Below, piece by piece: positions 51,429 to 61,496 of a stretch of DNA of 64,000 nucleotides. A model generated the notes under the pieces. That model searched no databases. It worked only from the letters and a program-made list of their open reading frames with translations, and was not told the origin of the DNA. Each line of letters starts with the position of its first letter. Within the stretch, counting starts at the first letter, position 1. The DNA is from an uncultured delta proteobacterium. GTDB taxonomy: Bacteria; Desulfobacterota; Desulfomonilia; Desulfomonilales; Desulfomonilaceae. Both the position numbers and the translations under genes were made by a program. The stretch lies in NCBI GenBank assembly GCA_963789265.1, contig CAWBKB010000008.1, positions 1-64,000 of the forward strand, in the 5' to 3' direction.

Positions 51429-52373
51429 ATGGAAGATCTTAGAATTGCGGTAGTCGGGATTGGAGCAACGGGCACAGTCTTGGCAGCAGCCCTGCTCAAA
51501 CAAGATCCCGAGACCATTTTGGTAGGGCCCAGGCCCGGTCTGCGAGAAGCCGTCAAAAAGAATGGAATCAAAGTCTCAGGTCAGCTTGAATACCACGTTC
51601 CTGTTCGCAATTTCTTTAACAGCATCGGGACGATGAAAGACCTGAACCCGAATCTTATATTTCTTGCCACCAAAACGTTTCATCTGCCCCATGTTTTGGA
51701 AGAAATCAAGGAAGTGTACCGGGATGGAACCAAGATCGTCAGCACCCATAACGGATTGGGAACAGAAGATGTCATTGCCGAAACTTTTGGTGCCGACACA
51801 GCATTCCGCATGTCCTTGAACTACGGTGTTTCAGTGAAAGGGCCCGGCGAAGTTGAAATAGCCTTTTTCAATCGACCGAATCACCTCGGAAGCGTGTCTG
51901 AGAAAAACAAAGGGCTTGGTCTGAAGATCGCCAAATTGTTCACCGATAGCGGATTGGATACCGAGTGTGTCGATGACATCAAGCTCTATGTGTGGAAGAA
52001 AATGATTATGAAATGCACCATGGCATCGATATGTGCGGTCACCGACAGGACACTGAAACGAGTGCTGGATTTTCCGCCCACCAGGGAAATAGCAGAGAAC
52101 TGCTTCAAGGAAGTGCTCGCCGTGGCAAAGGCCAGGGGCTACGACCTGGGAGAAGAATATATTCGTGACGCATTCAGCTATCTGGAAAAAGTGGGCGGTC
52201 ACAAAGATTCCATGTGCTACGACATCGTCAATAAGACTCCCACGGAAATAGATTTTCTTGGCGGAAAGGTGGTCGAATATGCGCGGGAATCGGGCATCTC
52301 AACACCTTTCTATGTTGCCATGACGAATTTGGTAAAGGCAATGGAAGACAACTACTTGCAAAAGCAACAGTAG
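51429..52373 (+). CDS. panE: 2-dehydropantoate 2-reductase (ApbA/PanE) family
   Basis: GIGATG, LATK, HNGLG, WKK, KDSMCYD, TEIDFLGG. Confidence 0.8.
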   Translation: MEDLRIAVVGIGATGTVLAAALLKQDPETILVGPRPGLREAVKKNGIKVSGQLEYHVPVRNFFNSIGTMKDLNPNLIFLATKTFHLPHVLEEIKEVYRDGTKIVSTHNGLGTEDVIAETFGADTAFRMSLNYGVSVKGPGEVEIAFFNRPNHLGSVSEKNKGLGLKIAKLFTDSGLDTECVDDIKLYVWKKMIMKCTMASICAVTDRTLKRVLDFPPTREIAENCFKEVLAVAKARGYDLGEEYIRDAFSYLEKVGGHKDSMCYDIVNKTPTEIDFLGGKVVEYARESGISTPFYVAMTNLVKAMEDNYLQKQQ

Positions 52374-52400
52374 CATGAACGCGACGGGAAATATTTCGAG

Positions 52401-53984
52401 ATGACCGGGAGCAAATGGGTCCACGTGGGCACTGTCTTGAAAATGAATGCCATCAACTACCCTATGAAATTGGGATGGCAGGATACCAAGAGGGAATTCA
52501 CGTTCAAGGAATGGAACGAGAAATCCAATCGTTTTGCAAACGGTCTGGAAGGCTTGGGAATAGGTTTCAAAGATACTTTCGCGGTCATTTCCTACAACCG
52601 TGGGGAATGGATGGACATATATGCCGGTTGTGCAAAGGGCGGCCAAGTGATCGTTCCTGTCATGTTTCGTTTGGCAGGGCCCGAAATTGAGTACATCGTA
52701 AATCACTCGGAATGCAAAGGATTTATCGTTGAGGCCCCTTTTGTGGAATTGATAGATTCAATCAAAGACAGACTTACCGTTCCCAAGAATTCATATATAT
52801 ATCTCGGAGATGGCCCACCGCCCGAAGGATACGTGGGGTATGAAGAGCTTCTGGAAAGGTCTTCACCAGATGAGCCGGATCGCACGGTGAGCGGAGATGA
52901 TGTCTGGAACATCATGTACACTTCGGGGACTACCGGCCGTCCCAAAGGTGTGGTGCGAACCCATGAAAGTCATTTGGCCCATTACGTGTTGAGCAACATC
53001 AACATGGGCGTACGGCCAAGTGACAAAGTGATGCTCGTCATGCCCATGTGTCATGTCAATTCCATACAATATTCATTCCCATACACGCTGGTTACGGCCC
53101 CGGTGTTCGTGTACAACACGATAAGCTTCGATCCTGAAGACTTCCTGCGGGTAGTCGATAAACATAAAATCGTCTTTACGTCATTGGTTCCCACGCATTA
53201 CCGGATGATTCTGGATTTGCCGGACCACATTAAGGCGAAATGGGACGTCTCATCTGTTCGGCAACTGCTGATATCCTCCGCGCCCGCAAGCAAAGAGCTT
53301 AAGCTTGCCATCATGGACTATTTCAAGAATGCGGAACTTTGGGAGGCTTACGGGAGCACCGAAGGAGGATTGGCCACACTGCTGAGGCCGGAAGACCAAT
53401 TAACGAAACTCGGCTCCATCGGCAAAGAAATTTTCGGCACAGATCGAATCAAGCTTCTGGATGCGGATCGAAATGAGGTCCCGGACGGAGAAGTTGGAGA
53501 ACTGTTTTACCGGGCACCCTGCGTTTTCAAAGAATATTTCAAGGATCCGCAGAAGACCGAGGAAGCGTTCCACGGAACGTGGTTTTCTGCCGGAGACCTG
53601 GCAAGACGTGACGAGGACGGCTATTACACGCTGGTTGACAGGAAAGCCAACATGATCATTACAGGAGGCGAAAACGTCTATCCTTCGGAAGTGGAGGGCG
53701 TGCTTCAGTGCCATGAAGCTGTCAAGCAAGTAGCTGTGATCGGAGTGCCGGATAACAAATGGGGCGAAGCGATCAAGGCGGTGGTGGTGCTCAATGACGG
53801 ATTTGAACCAAGCGAGTCCTTGGCCCAGGGCCTTGTGGATTTTGCCCGAGGAAGAATCGCCGGATACAAGCGCCCGAAGAGCATTGACTTCGTAAGAGAT
53901 GCGGAGATGCCAAAAACAGCGACCGGCAAGATCCTCCATAGAGTGCTCAAGAGTCGCTATACAGGTCTCAATCGTGGAAGCTGA
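52401..53984 (+). CDS. AMP-dependent acyl-CoA synthetase
   Basis: YTSGTTGRPKG, EAYGSTE, SAGDL, DRKANMIITGGENVYP, PKTATGK. Confidence 0.92.
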   Translation: MTGSKWVHVGTVLKMNAINYPMKLGWQDTKREFTFKEWNEKSNRFANGLEGLGIGFKDTFAVISYNRGEWMDIYAGCAKGGQVIVPVMFRLAGPEIEYIVNHSECKGFIVEAPFVELIDSIKDRLTVPKNSYIYLGDGPPPEGYVGYEELLERSSPDEPDRTVSGDDVWNIMYTSGTTGRPKGVVRTHESHLAHYVLSNINMGVRPSDKVMLVMPMCHVNSIQYSFPYTLVTAPVFVYNTISFDPEDFLRVVDKHKIVFTSLVPTHYRMILDLPDHIKAKWDVSSVRQLLISSAPASKELKLAIMDYFKNAELWEAYGSTEGGLATLLRPEDQLTKLGSIGKEIFGTDRIKLLDADRNEVPDGEVGELFYRAPCVFKEYFKDPQKTEEAFHGTWFSAGDLARRDEDGYYTLVDRKANMIITGGENVYPSEVEGVLQCHEAVKQVAVIGVPDNKWGEAIKAVVVLNDGFEPSESLAQGLVDFARGRIAGYKRPKSIDFVRDAEMPKTATGKILHRVLKSRYTGLNRGS

Positions 53985-54159
53985 GAGCAGAATCGCCCGC
54001 AAGGTCGTAGAACCATTTAGCAGCGACAGTAGGATGCCCACCCTACTAAATCGGATATCGACAAGATCCGGGCCTTAATCGCCGCGACTTTTTGGGGAAC
54101 GCTCCGGCCGGGTCAGCCGCTATCGGTATCGGTTCAGCAGGATAAAAAAGGTGAATAGA

Positions 54160-55309
54160 ATGAATGAAGCTGCCTTCAATAGTGAAGAGCACCAGATTTT
54201 TCGTGACTCATTCAGGAAGTTTGTGGCCCGAGAAATCACCCCTCACGTTTCAGAATGGGAGGAAAAGCGGGCCGTGCCGCGGAGTATATGGCTCAAGCTG
54301 GGGGAACAAGGCTACTTGTGCCCGTGGCTTCCGGAACAGTATGGAGGGCCTCGGCTTGGGATTCGAGTACTCTGTCATCATTAATGAAGAGTTGTTACGG
54401 GGCAATGCATTTGGCGTGGAAGTCCCCCTTCATAGTGATGTCGCGACCCCATATATCTTTTCTTATGCATCTCCGGAAATGAAAGAGCGATGGCTTCCCA
54501 AGTGCGCAACAGGCGAAGTGGTAACGGCTATTGGGTTGACTGAGCCAAACACCGGCTCGGACCTGGCTGCCATTCGTACAAGGGCCGTGAAGGATGGAGA
54601 TTTTTATGTGATCAACGGGCAAAAGACCTTCATTACAAATGGCTACTTTGCGGATGTTGTCGTTCTAGCTGTCAAGACCGATCCGGGTGCAGGTCACAGA
54701 GGGATCAGCCTCATCCTGGTAGATAAGAATGCCCCGGGATTCCATCGCGGCCGAAAATTGAACAAAATGGGATATCACATGCAAGACACGGCTGAACTTT
54801 TTTTCGAGGATTGCCGCGTCCCCGCTGCGAACCTGCTCGGCGAGGAAGGAAAGGGCTTCAAGTACATGATGCAGAAGCTCCAACAGGAACGCCTGGAAGT
54901 TTCCATCAAGTGCCAGGTCTTGGCGGAAGAAGCCCTGAAGGAGGCGCTGAATTACGTGAAAGTTCGCGAGGCGTTCGGCAAACCCATAGGGAATTTTCAG
55001 TACACTGCATTCAGGCTGGCCGACATGGCCACCGAAATTCAACTCGGCCGCACCTTTTTGGACAGCCTGATAAAGGAACATATCGAAGGAAAGAATATAG
55101 TTCAGAAAGTTTCCATGTCCAAATATTGGCTCGGCGAGATGGTGAACAGAATCGCGTATCAGGCCGTCCAGCTTCACGGCGGCTATGGATACATGGAAGA
55201 ATATCGAGTCTGCAAGATCTATCGGGATGTCCGTTGCCTGTCTATCTTTGCGGGGACAAGCGAAATCATGAAGCTGATCATCAGTCGCGGTCTGGGGCTT
55301 AATCCATGA
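54160..55309 (+). CDS. Acyl-CoA dehydrogenase (+1 frameshift at GGG 54346-54348)
   Basis: PEQYGG joined to LGLGF; LTEPNTGSD, NGQKTFITNG, QLHGGYGY, IFAGTSEIM. Confidence 0.9.
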
Positions 55310-55382
55310 CAATCACAAGCATGCGGTGCCCTGACAAGTTATCGGAATTCTACTGAAGTTAAAGACCATGTTACGAGGCAGT

Positions 55383-55463
55383 GTCATTGCGAGGAGTGAA
55401 ACGACGAAGCAATCTATTTCTGTTGATTTAGAGATTGCCACGGGCTTACGCCCTCGCAATGAC
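55383..55463. repeat. GTCATTGCGAG-type REP-like doublet
   Basis: GTCATTGCGAGGAGTGAAACGACGAAGCAATC..GATTGCCACGGGCTTACGCCCTCGCAATGAC, as in the MITE A cargo. Confidence 0.8.
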
Positions 55464-55548
55464 ACTAGCGTGCTCTGCCAAATGAACAATTCCGTAAAGT
55501 ATTACTCGGTTGAAAGCGCATTGGCATTACATCGAAAGGTGAAAGAAG

Positions 55549-56046
55549 ATGAAACACCAGATCAAATTCAAGGTGAATGGCGACGAATACTCGCTGGCGG
55601 TTGATCCTCGGCGAACACTCAACGAAATGCTTCGCGAAGACCTGAACCTGACGGGCACCAAGCTCGGCTGCGGAACCGGCGATTGCGGAGCTTGCGCTGT
55701 CATGGTGGACGATCGCACTGTCAGCTCATGCTTGACCCTGGCCGTGTCGGTGCATGGAAAATCCGTCAAAACAGTGGAGGGCCTGGCACCTTCGGGTGAG
55801 ATACTACACCCGATACAGGACGCTTTTGTAAAAACAGGGGCAATTCAATGCGGCTATTGCACGTCCGGAATGGAAATGGCTGCGCTCAATCTCTTGAACC
55901 ACAACCCTTCACCGACCGAGAAGGAAATTAGAGCCGGCCTTTCCGGGCATCTATGCAGGTGCACAGGATACAACCAGATTGTGGAAGCTGTCTCGGTTGC
56001 AGCGGAAACGATGAAGCAAAGCAAGTCAGAAGAGGTAGAGCGATGA
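55549..56046 (+). CDS. Xanthine dehydrogenase family [2Fe-2S] subunit
   Basis: GTKLGCGTGDCGAC, QCGYC, LCRCTGY. Confidence 0.93.
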   Translation: MKHQIKFKVNGDEYSLAVDPRRTLNEMLREDLNLTGTKLGCGTGDCGACAVMVDDRTVSSCLTLAVSVHGKSVKTVEGLAPSGEILHPIQDAFVKTGAIQCGYCTSGMEMAALNLLNHNPSPTEKEIRAGLSGHLCRCTGYNQIVEAVSVAAETMKQSKSEEVER

Positions 56047-56918
56047 GACTACCAAAATTCGAATATTTTGCCCCAAAAACATTGGAAGAGGCCCTGGTCC
56101 TGCTAAAAGAACAAGGGAAGGGCGCTTATGTGATGGCCGGAGGAACAGACGTCATGGTCAAAATGACTCACGGCCGTCTAAAGCCCAAGGCAGTGATCGC
56201 ACTAGGTGAAATCGAAGAATTGAACGGTATTCGTTTCGATGCGAAAGAAGGGCTTACCATCGGAGCAACCGCACGGCTCGCGGAAGTAGCTTCCCATCCT
56301 GACATTCTGAATCACTACCCGGCCCTTGCTCATTCGGTTCAGGTGATGGCTAATGTCGAAGTCCGCAACATGGGCACGGTCGCAGGCAACCTTTGCAATG
56401 CTGCTCCTTCTGCCGATAGTGCGCCCCCGCTCATAGTCATGGGAGCGGAAGTTACACTGGCAAGCGTCAGCGCGAAAAGGCGGGTGGCCCTGGACCGGTT
56501 CTTCAAAGGACCCGGACTCACGTCAATGGAACAAGGGGAGATCATGACTTCCATACATGTGCAGCCGCCTCGCTCCAGGTCAGGCGCTTCGTACATGCGT
56601 ATATCAGCTCGCTGCGGGGTGGACATTGCCGCTGTGGGCGTCGGGGTCATGGCCGATTTCAACGGTGAAGGCTGTAAACAGGCAAAAATTGTGCTTGGTG
56701 CAGTTGCTCCCATTCCCATGCGTGCAGAGAAGACTGAAGATCTTCTGCAAGGCAAGGAATGGACTGATGAACTCATCGAAAGGGCCGGAGAGCAGGCCGC
56801 GGAAGAGGCCAGGCCGATCTCGGATGTTAGAGCGAGCGCTGAGTGGCGAAAAGCAATGGTGGCGGTATTGACCCGGCGAACCCTTCAAGAAGCTCATGCG
56901 AGGGCAAGCAAAGGCTAG
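56043..56918 (+). CDS. Xanthine dehydrogenase family FAD subunit (CoxM-like)
   Basis: AGGTD, RNMGTVAGNLCNAAPSAD, ISDVRASAEWR; lacks the HcrB [4Fe-4S] insertion. Confidence 0.92.
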   Translation: MRLPKFEYFAPKTLEEALVLLKEQGKGAYVMAGGTDVMVKMTHGRLKPKAVIALGEIEELNGIRFDAKEGLTIGATARLAEVASHPDILNHYPALAHSVQVMANVEVRNMGTVAGNLCNAAPSADSAPPLIVMGAEVTLASVSAKRRVALDRFFKGPGLTSMEQGEIMTSIHVQPPRSRSGASYMRISARCGVDIAAVGVGVMADFNGEGCKQAKIVLGAVAPIPMRAEKTEDLLQGKEWTDELIERAGEQAAEEARPISDVRASAEWRKAMVAVLTRRTLQEAHARASKG

Positions 56919-56940
56919 CGCGTACGGAAAGGAAAGAACC

Positions 56941-59268
56941 ATGAAACAATACAACATAATAGGAAAAGATGTGCCGCGTACGGATGCTCCGGTCAAGGCA
57001 AGGGGAGCCGCCGTATACACGGATGACATGAAGCTGCCGGGAATGCTTCATGGCCAAATACTAAGAAGCCCGCTTCCGCATGCTCTGATTAAAAGTATCG
57101 ACATCGGCAAAGCAGCTTCTTTGCCTGGCGTTAAGTGCGTAATCACCGCGGAGGACACACCCAAGATCAAGTATGGCAACTGGCGGCTGTTTGCGGAGAC
57201 GCAGGACGAGTATCCGCTCGCGGTTGACAAAGTGCGGTTCATAGGCGACGAAGTGGCCGCTGTGGCAGCTTTAGACAAAGATACCGCAGAAGAAGCTTTG
57301 GATCTCATCAAGGTGGAGTACGAGGAACTGCCGGGTATCTTTGATGTGGATTCGGCCACACAGCCGGGCGCCCCGGTTCTCCATGATTACTGTCCCTCCA
57401 ACGTCAGCGTCAATCGAAAGATCAAATATGGCGACGTGGAAAAGGGCTTTGCGGAATCGGACTACGTAAGAGAAGACACTTTCAACGTTCACGGAGTGAG
57501 CCACGCATATCTCGAGCCGTGCGCGGCGTTAGCCCAGGTCGATCTGGATGGGAGAATTACTCTCTGGACTTCCACTCAAGTCCCGTACATCGTGCAATGC
57601 CTGCTGGCTTCAACGCTCGGTATGCGAGAAAACGATATTAGAGTGATCAAACCGTACGTAGGAGGCGGTTTTGGCGGGAAAATGGAATTGCGCACATGGG
57701 AATTCTGCGCTGCTCTCATGGCTAAGATGACAGGCCGGCCTGTTAAGTTCACTCTCAGCAGGGAGGAGGAGTTTCTTGCAGGCAGGCGCAGGCATCCCAT
57801 GAAGATCCACTCCAAAGTGGGGTTCAAAAAGGACGGGACGCTCGTTGCCAAGGATCTGAAAATCTTGCTGGATGGCGGAGCATACAATGCAATGGGGCCC
57901 ACGGCAACGTTCTTGTGCGGAAATTTCGGTGCGATGTTGTACCGCTATCCCAACTATCAGTTTCACGGACAACACGTTTATACGAACAAGCCGCCCGCGA
58001 GCGCTATGCGCGGTTTCGGCGCGCCGCAATCGCTTTACGCAAGTGAAATCCAGATGAATCTGGCGGCGGAGGAGTTGGGGCTCGATCCTATTGATATCAG
58101 ACTCAAAAACGCCCAGGTCACTGGAGATGAAATTCCTGACGTGGCTACTATCAGTAGCTGCGGCTTCATCGACAGCATAAAAGCGGTCTCTGAGATGAGC
58201 GGGTGGGAGGAGAAACGGAAGAACCTCAAACCGGGTCAAGGGATTGGTATCGGTTGCTACAGTTTTATTTCTGGTGGCGTGTTTAACTGGTTTAATACCC
58301 AATATCCGTTTTCTGCGGCGGAAATTAGGGCTTTTTCCGACGGCACCGTGCACCTCCTGACTATGGCGGCCGACATCGGGCAGGGTTCGGATACAGTTCT
58401 CAAGCAGATTCTGGCGGAGCAGCTTGGGCTGCAAATGGCGGATATCCGCATCACTTCTGCGGACACGTCGATGACACCCCAGGCAGACTTGGGCGCATGG
58501 GGGAGCCGGCTGACCCTTATGGCGGGAAATGCAGTCATGGATGCCGCGAAGAAGATCAAGGATCAGATATTTGGAGCGGTGTCGGCGCGGTTTAATCTCA
58601 ACGTCATCCACGAGCTCGAATGCAAAGATGGAAGAGTTCAGTCCAAAGCCAAGTCCACTTACGGGGTGAGCTTTGGGGAAGCTGTGGCTATGGTGCAAAA
58701 GGCGAACAGGGGAGAACCGCTTGTGGTTCGCGGATCGTACACTCCGAGGGACAAGGGAATGGTGACCCCTGCTTTTGGTTTTGGAGCCCAAGTGGCTGAG
58801 GTGGAGGTTGACAAAGAAACCGGCCTTGTGGAGGTCAAGCAGATGTGGACCGCCCACGATTGCGGCACTGTGATCAATCCCAGAGCAGTTGAAGGACAGC
58901 TCGCCGGTTCAATTCAGATGGGCCTTGGATACGCCTTATCCGAGCAATTGGTGATGGATGGAGGCCAGACTCTCAACACCAACTTCGCGGATTACAAAAT
59001 GCCAATGGCCACGGACATGCCGCCCAGCCAGGTGGCCCACGTTGACACGTATGAACCGGAGGGACCTTTGGGGGCCAAAGAGTGCGGAGAGGGCCTTGCC
59101 TCTCCCACAGCGCCGGCGATTTCGGACGCTGTATATCACGCGACCGGCTATCGGTGTAAAGATCTGCCCATAACTCCGGAGAAGATTCTGAAACATCTTG
59201 AAAGTGAAGAGCAGTCACGCCGCTTGCAAGAGGTCGCGGCCGCGGAGGTGCAATTCAAAAGAAGGTAA
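56941..59268 (+). CDS. Xanthine dehydrogenase family molybdopterin subunit (HcrA-like)
   Basis: HAYLEP, STQVP, VGGGFGGK, AMRGFGAPQ, DIGQG, GSR, VEGQL.G, GAKECGE. Confidence 0.9.
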   Translation: MKQYNIIGKDVPRTDAPVKARGAAVYTDDMKLPGMLHGQILRSPLPHALIKSIDIGKAASLPGVKCVITAEDTPKIKYGNWRLFAETQDEYPLAVDKVRFIGDEVAAVAALDKDTAEEALDLIKVEYEELPGIFDVDSATQPGAPVLHDYCPSNVSVNRKIKYGDVEKGFAESDYVREDTFNVHGVSHAYLEPCAALAQVDLDGRITLWTSTQVPYIVQCLLASTLGMRENDIRVIKPYVGGGFGGKMELRTWEFCAALMAKMTGRPVKFTLSREEEFLAGRRRHPMKIHSKVGFKKDGTLVAKDLKILLDGGAYNAMGPTATFLCGNFGAMLYRYPNYQFHGQHVYTNKPPASAMRGFGAPQSLYASEIQMNLAAEELGLDPIDIRLKNAQVTGDEIPDVATISSCGFIDSIKAVSEMSGWEEKRKNLKPGQGIGIGCYSFISGGVFNWFNTQYPFSAAEIRAFSDGTVHLLTMAADIGQGSDTVLKQILAEQLGLQMADIRITSADTSMTPQADLGAWGSRLTLMAGNAVMDAAKKIKDQIFGAVSARFNLNVIHELECKDGRVQSKAKSTYGVSFGEAVAMVQKANRGEPLVVRGSYTPRDKGMVTPAFGFGAQVAEVEVDKETGLVEVKQMWTAHDCGTVINPRAVEGQLAGSIQMGLGYALSEQLVMDGGQTLNTNFADYKMPMATDMPPSQVAHVDTYEPEGPLGAKECGEGLASPTAPAISDAVYHATGYRCKDLPITPEKILKHLESEEQSRRLQEVAAAEVQFKRR

Positions 59269-59580
59269 CGTGCCGGCGGGAAAGGCATCTCTCTCTAAGC
59301 CGCGGACAATGCGGCTCACTCTTACGATTGGGCGGACTGGAAAGTCCGCCCCACAGATCAGGGGCAATCCCAATAACCAAATTAGTGGCGCAGGCTTTCC
59401 AGCCTGCGATCTTCAAGAGTACACTTTCTGCTCTGCATTTTCCCTGTTGAATCAGGTGGAAATCCAAATTTAATCCAATGAACACAGGATCACTCGCCAA
59501 TCAATTGTCTCGTCGTCCTGGTAATTGAGATCGTTAGCTGTTGGAGCGGTCAATTCGGTGGATCCCGGTAAACCCTACGA

Positions 59581-60049
59581 CTAGGTTTGTCGTTCATCCT
59601 TTGTTCGGCGCAGAATATCTCTCAATATGTTCAGGAGTTCGGATTTCTGTTCATCGGAATACATCATCAAGTATTTTTGGAAGCTCCGCTCTTTCCGATC
59701 TGAGATGTCCCTCAACACCTGAATTCCTTCAGGCGTGATTTGCAGCCTCTTCAGGCGATCGTCATTAGGGTCGCTTGTTTCTAATAATGAATCCGTTTTG
59801 CTCTAATCTCTTGGCGATACCTGTCATGTTTGCGCTTGAAACCAACATGATTCTGTTCACGTTCCTCATGGTATTTTGGCCGTTTTCGGAAGCATCCAAA
59901 ACCCTGAGGAGATTATATTGAGAGAACGTAAGGCCCCATTTCTTAACTACCGCCGAAGCGCTTCTCTTGAAGCGCTCGGCGATCCGGACCATCGCCATCA
60001 GCACTCTTTCATCTATACTCATGTCGCTCTTGTAGCGGTGATCAGACAT
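59581..60049 (-). CDS. MarR-family transcriptional regulator (+1 frameshift at TTT 59778-59780)
   Basis: 'GLTFSQYNLLRVL..SANMTGIAKRLEQNGFIIR' continues as 'TSDPNDDRLKRLQITPEG' to TAG at 59581. Confidence 0.88.
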
Positions 60050-60078
60050 GATGCTGCAAGGATCTCCAAATCAGCTAT

Positions 60079-60129
60079 TTTATTCAATATGTTAACAATA
60101 AAAGGTTAGATTGTCAACGTTTAGACTTT
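60079..60129 (-). promoter_or_regulatory. marR promoter with two operator-like boxes
   Basis: Minus-strand TTGACA-17-TAACAT; ATTGTCAACGTTTAGAC (+, 60110) and ATTGTTAACATATTGAAT (-) resemble the 46289 palindrome. Confidence 0.55.
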
Positions 60130-60179
60130 ATCATCGGCAGGTTACTTTTTGGGGACGCAACGGCCAGATCCGGAACCGC

Positions 60180-61358
60180 TCAATAAAACTTGATCCAGTC
60201 CGACGCGGGTTCCAATGTCCCCTTAGCGGGATTCGACTGCAAGATCCGAGCGACGGGAAACCTGTTGTCCCTGATTGTCAACGGCGGCGTGAGCCCTCCC
60301 GTATCGAAATGCTTTAAGGCATGGAGGGCCGTGACCAGTCCCTCCCCGTTCAACTGACCTGCTGTATCCGCTTTTCTGAGACACTCCACGAAAATCTTTG
60401 CCGCGGTGAATGTCACGAGATACATCAAAGTTCGGTATTTAACCTTGGGATAATGCTTGGCAGTATAGTCCCGAATCTTCTTTATCATCGGCACGTCTGT
60501 CATCCACCAGTAAGAATAGGGGCTCACCGCCAGAAATGTCGGTCCGTTCGGCCCCAGTGCCTCAACAACGTTCTGATCGGCTCCCCAGATCATGACAATG
60601 AATTTGCTGCTCAGCCCCGCGTCGTGGCATTGTTTGATCAAAGTCGCGTTCTGAGGACCGACCCAACCTTGCAAGAGCACGTAATCCGGATTCTTGCCCT
60701 TGAGTTCCTCAATTTGTTTCGAATAGTCACCGCCCCTGATGTTACCGGCCACCTCGGCGACCAATTTCAGCCCCAATCTATGACAAACGATGCGTCCGTA
60801 AGGCAGGGGATCCTCGCCGAACGGGCCTTGAGAGTAGAAGAAAGCTACTCTTGCGTTCTTCCGGGTTTCTGCGATGTGCTTGAGAGCAACGGCAAACTGG
60901 TCCCCGTATGTCGGACCGACTACGAACATTGAGGGAACCCCGCTAAAAGCCAGCTTCGCTGAAAAAGAGGTTGAGGTATAGAGGACTTTGTAACGCTTTC
61001 GAATCAAAGGTGCAGTAGCCAACGCTACCGGCGTGCCCGAGCCGAAAAAACACAACGGGTTGTATCTGGCCATCATGCTTTTAAAGACCCTCACGCCAAC
61101 TTGGGGATTGTATTGATCGTCTTCCATCACCTCACGAAGCTTCTTACCATTGATTCCGCCTTCCTCATTTGCCATACCGAGGGCATCTCGGACGCCGGCT
61201 TCAAGCTCCTCGGTCGTTGCCGCAATGCTCGGTGGCCCTCCAGGGGACAAACTGAGTCCCACAGTAATTGGCTCCTCGGCCGCAACTCCGTGGAACATTG
61301 CGAAAGTGAGAAACAAAGCCAAAAAGAGCACCAATGCCGCACTGACATCTTTTTTCAT
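60180..61358 (-). CDS. Liv-type ABC substrate-binding protein
   Basis: Signal peptide, 'ANEEGGINGKKL...DDQYNP', PFGEDP. Confidence 0.85.
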   Translation of the reverse strand: MKKDVSAALVLFLALFLTFAMFHGVAAEEPITVGLSLSPGGPPSIAATTEELEAGVRDALGMANEEGGINGKKLREVMEDDQYNPQVGVRVFKSMMARYNPLCFFGSGTPVALATAPLIRKRYKVLYTSTSFSAKLAFSGVPSMFVVGPTYGDQFAVALKHIAETRKNARVAFFYSQGPFGEDPLPYGRIVCHRLGLKLVAEVAGNIRGGDYSKQIEELKGKNPDYVLLQGWVGPQNATLIKQCHDAGLSSKFIVMIWGADQNVVEALGPNGPTFLAVSPYSYWWMTDVPMIKKIRDYTAKHYPKVKYRTLMYLVTFTAAKIFVECLRKADTAGQLNGEGLVTALHALKHFDTGGLTPPLTIRDNRFPVARILQSNPAKGTLEPASDWIKFY

Positions 61359-61496
61359 CGCCCCCTCCTCTAGTACGAAGTTTACAGTTTTGGCAAAATC
61401 CTAATGTTATCTCCTCGAAATGACCGGGCCATCCCCGTCCTGTAATCACAGAATGATAGACGGGCACTGGTCTCAGGACGTTTGAGGGACAGAGGA

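Noticed and set aside
55549..59268. 4-hydroxybenzoyl-CoA reductase or aerobic CO dehydrogenase
   Set aside because: The FAD subunit lacks the HcrB Cys insertion, and the large subunit has AMRGFG rather than the CoxL AYxCSFR motif.
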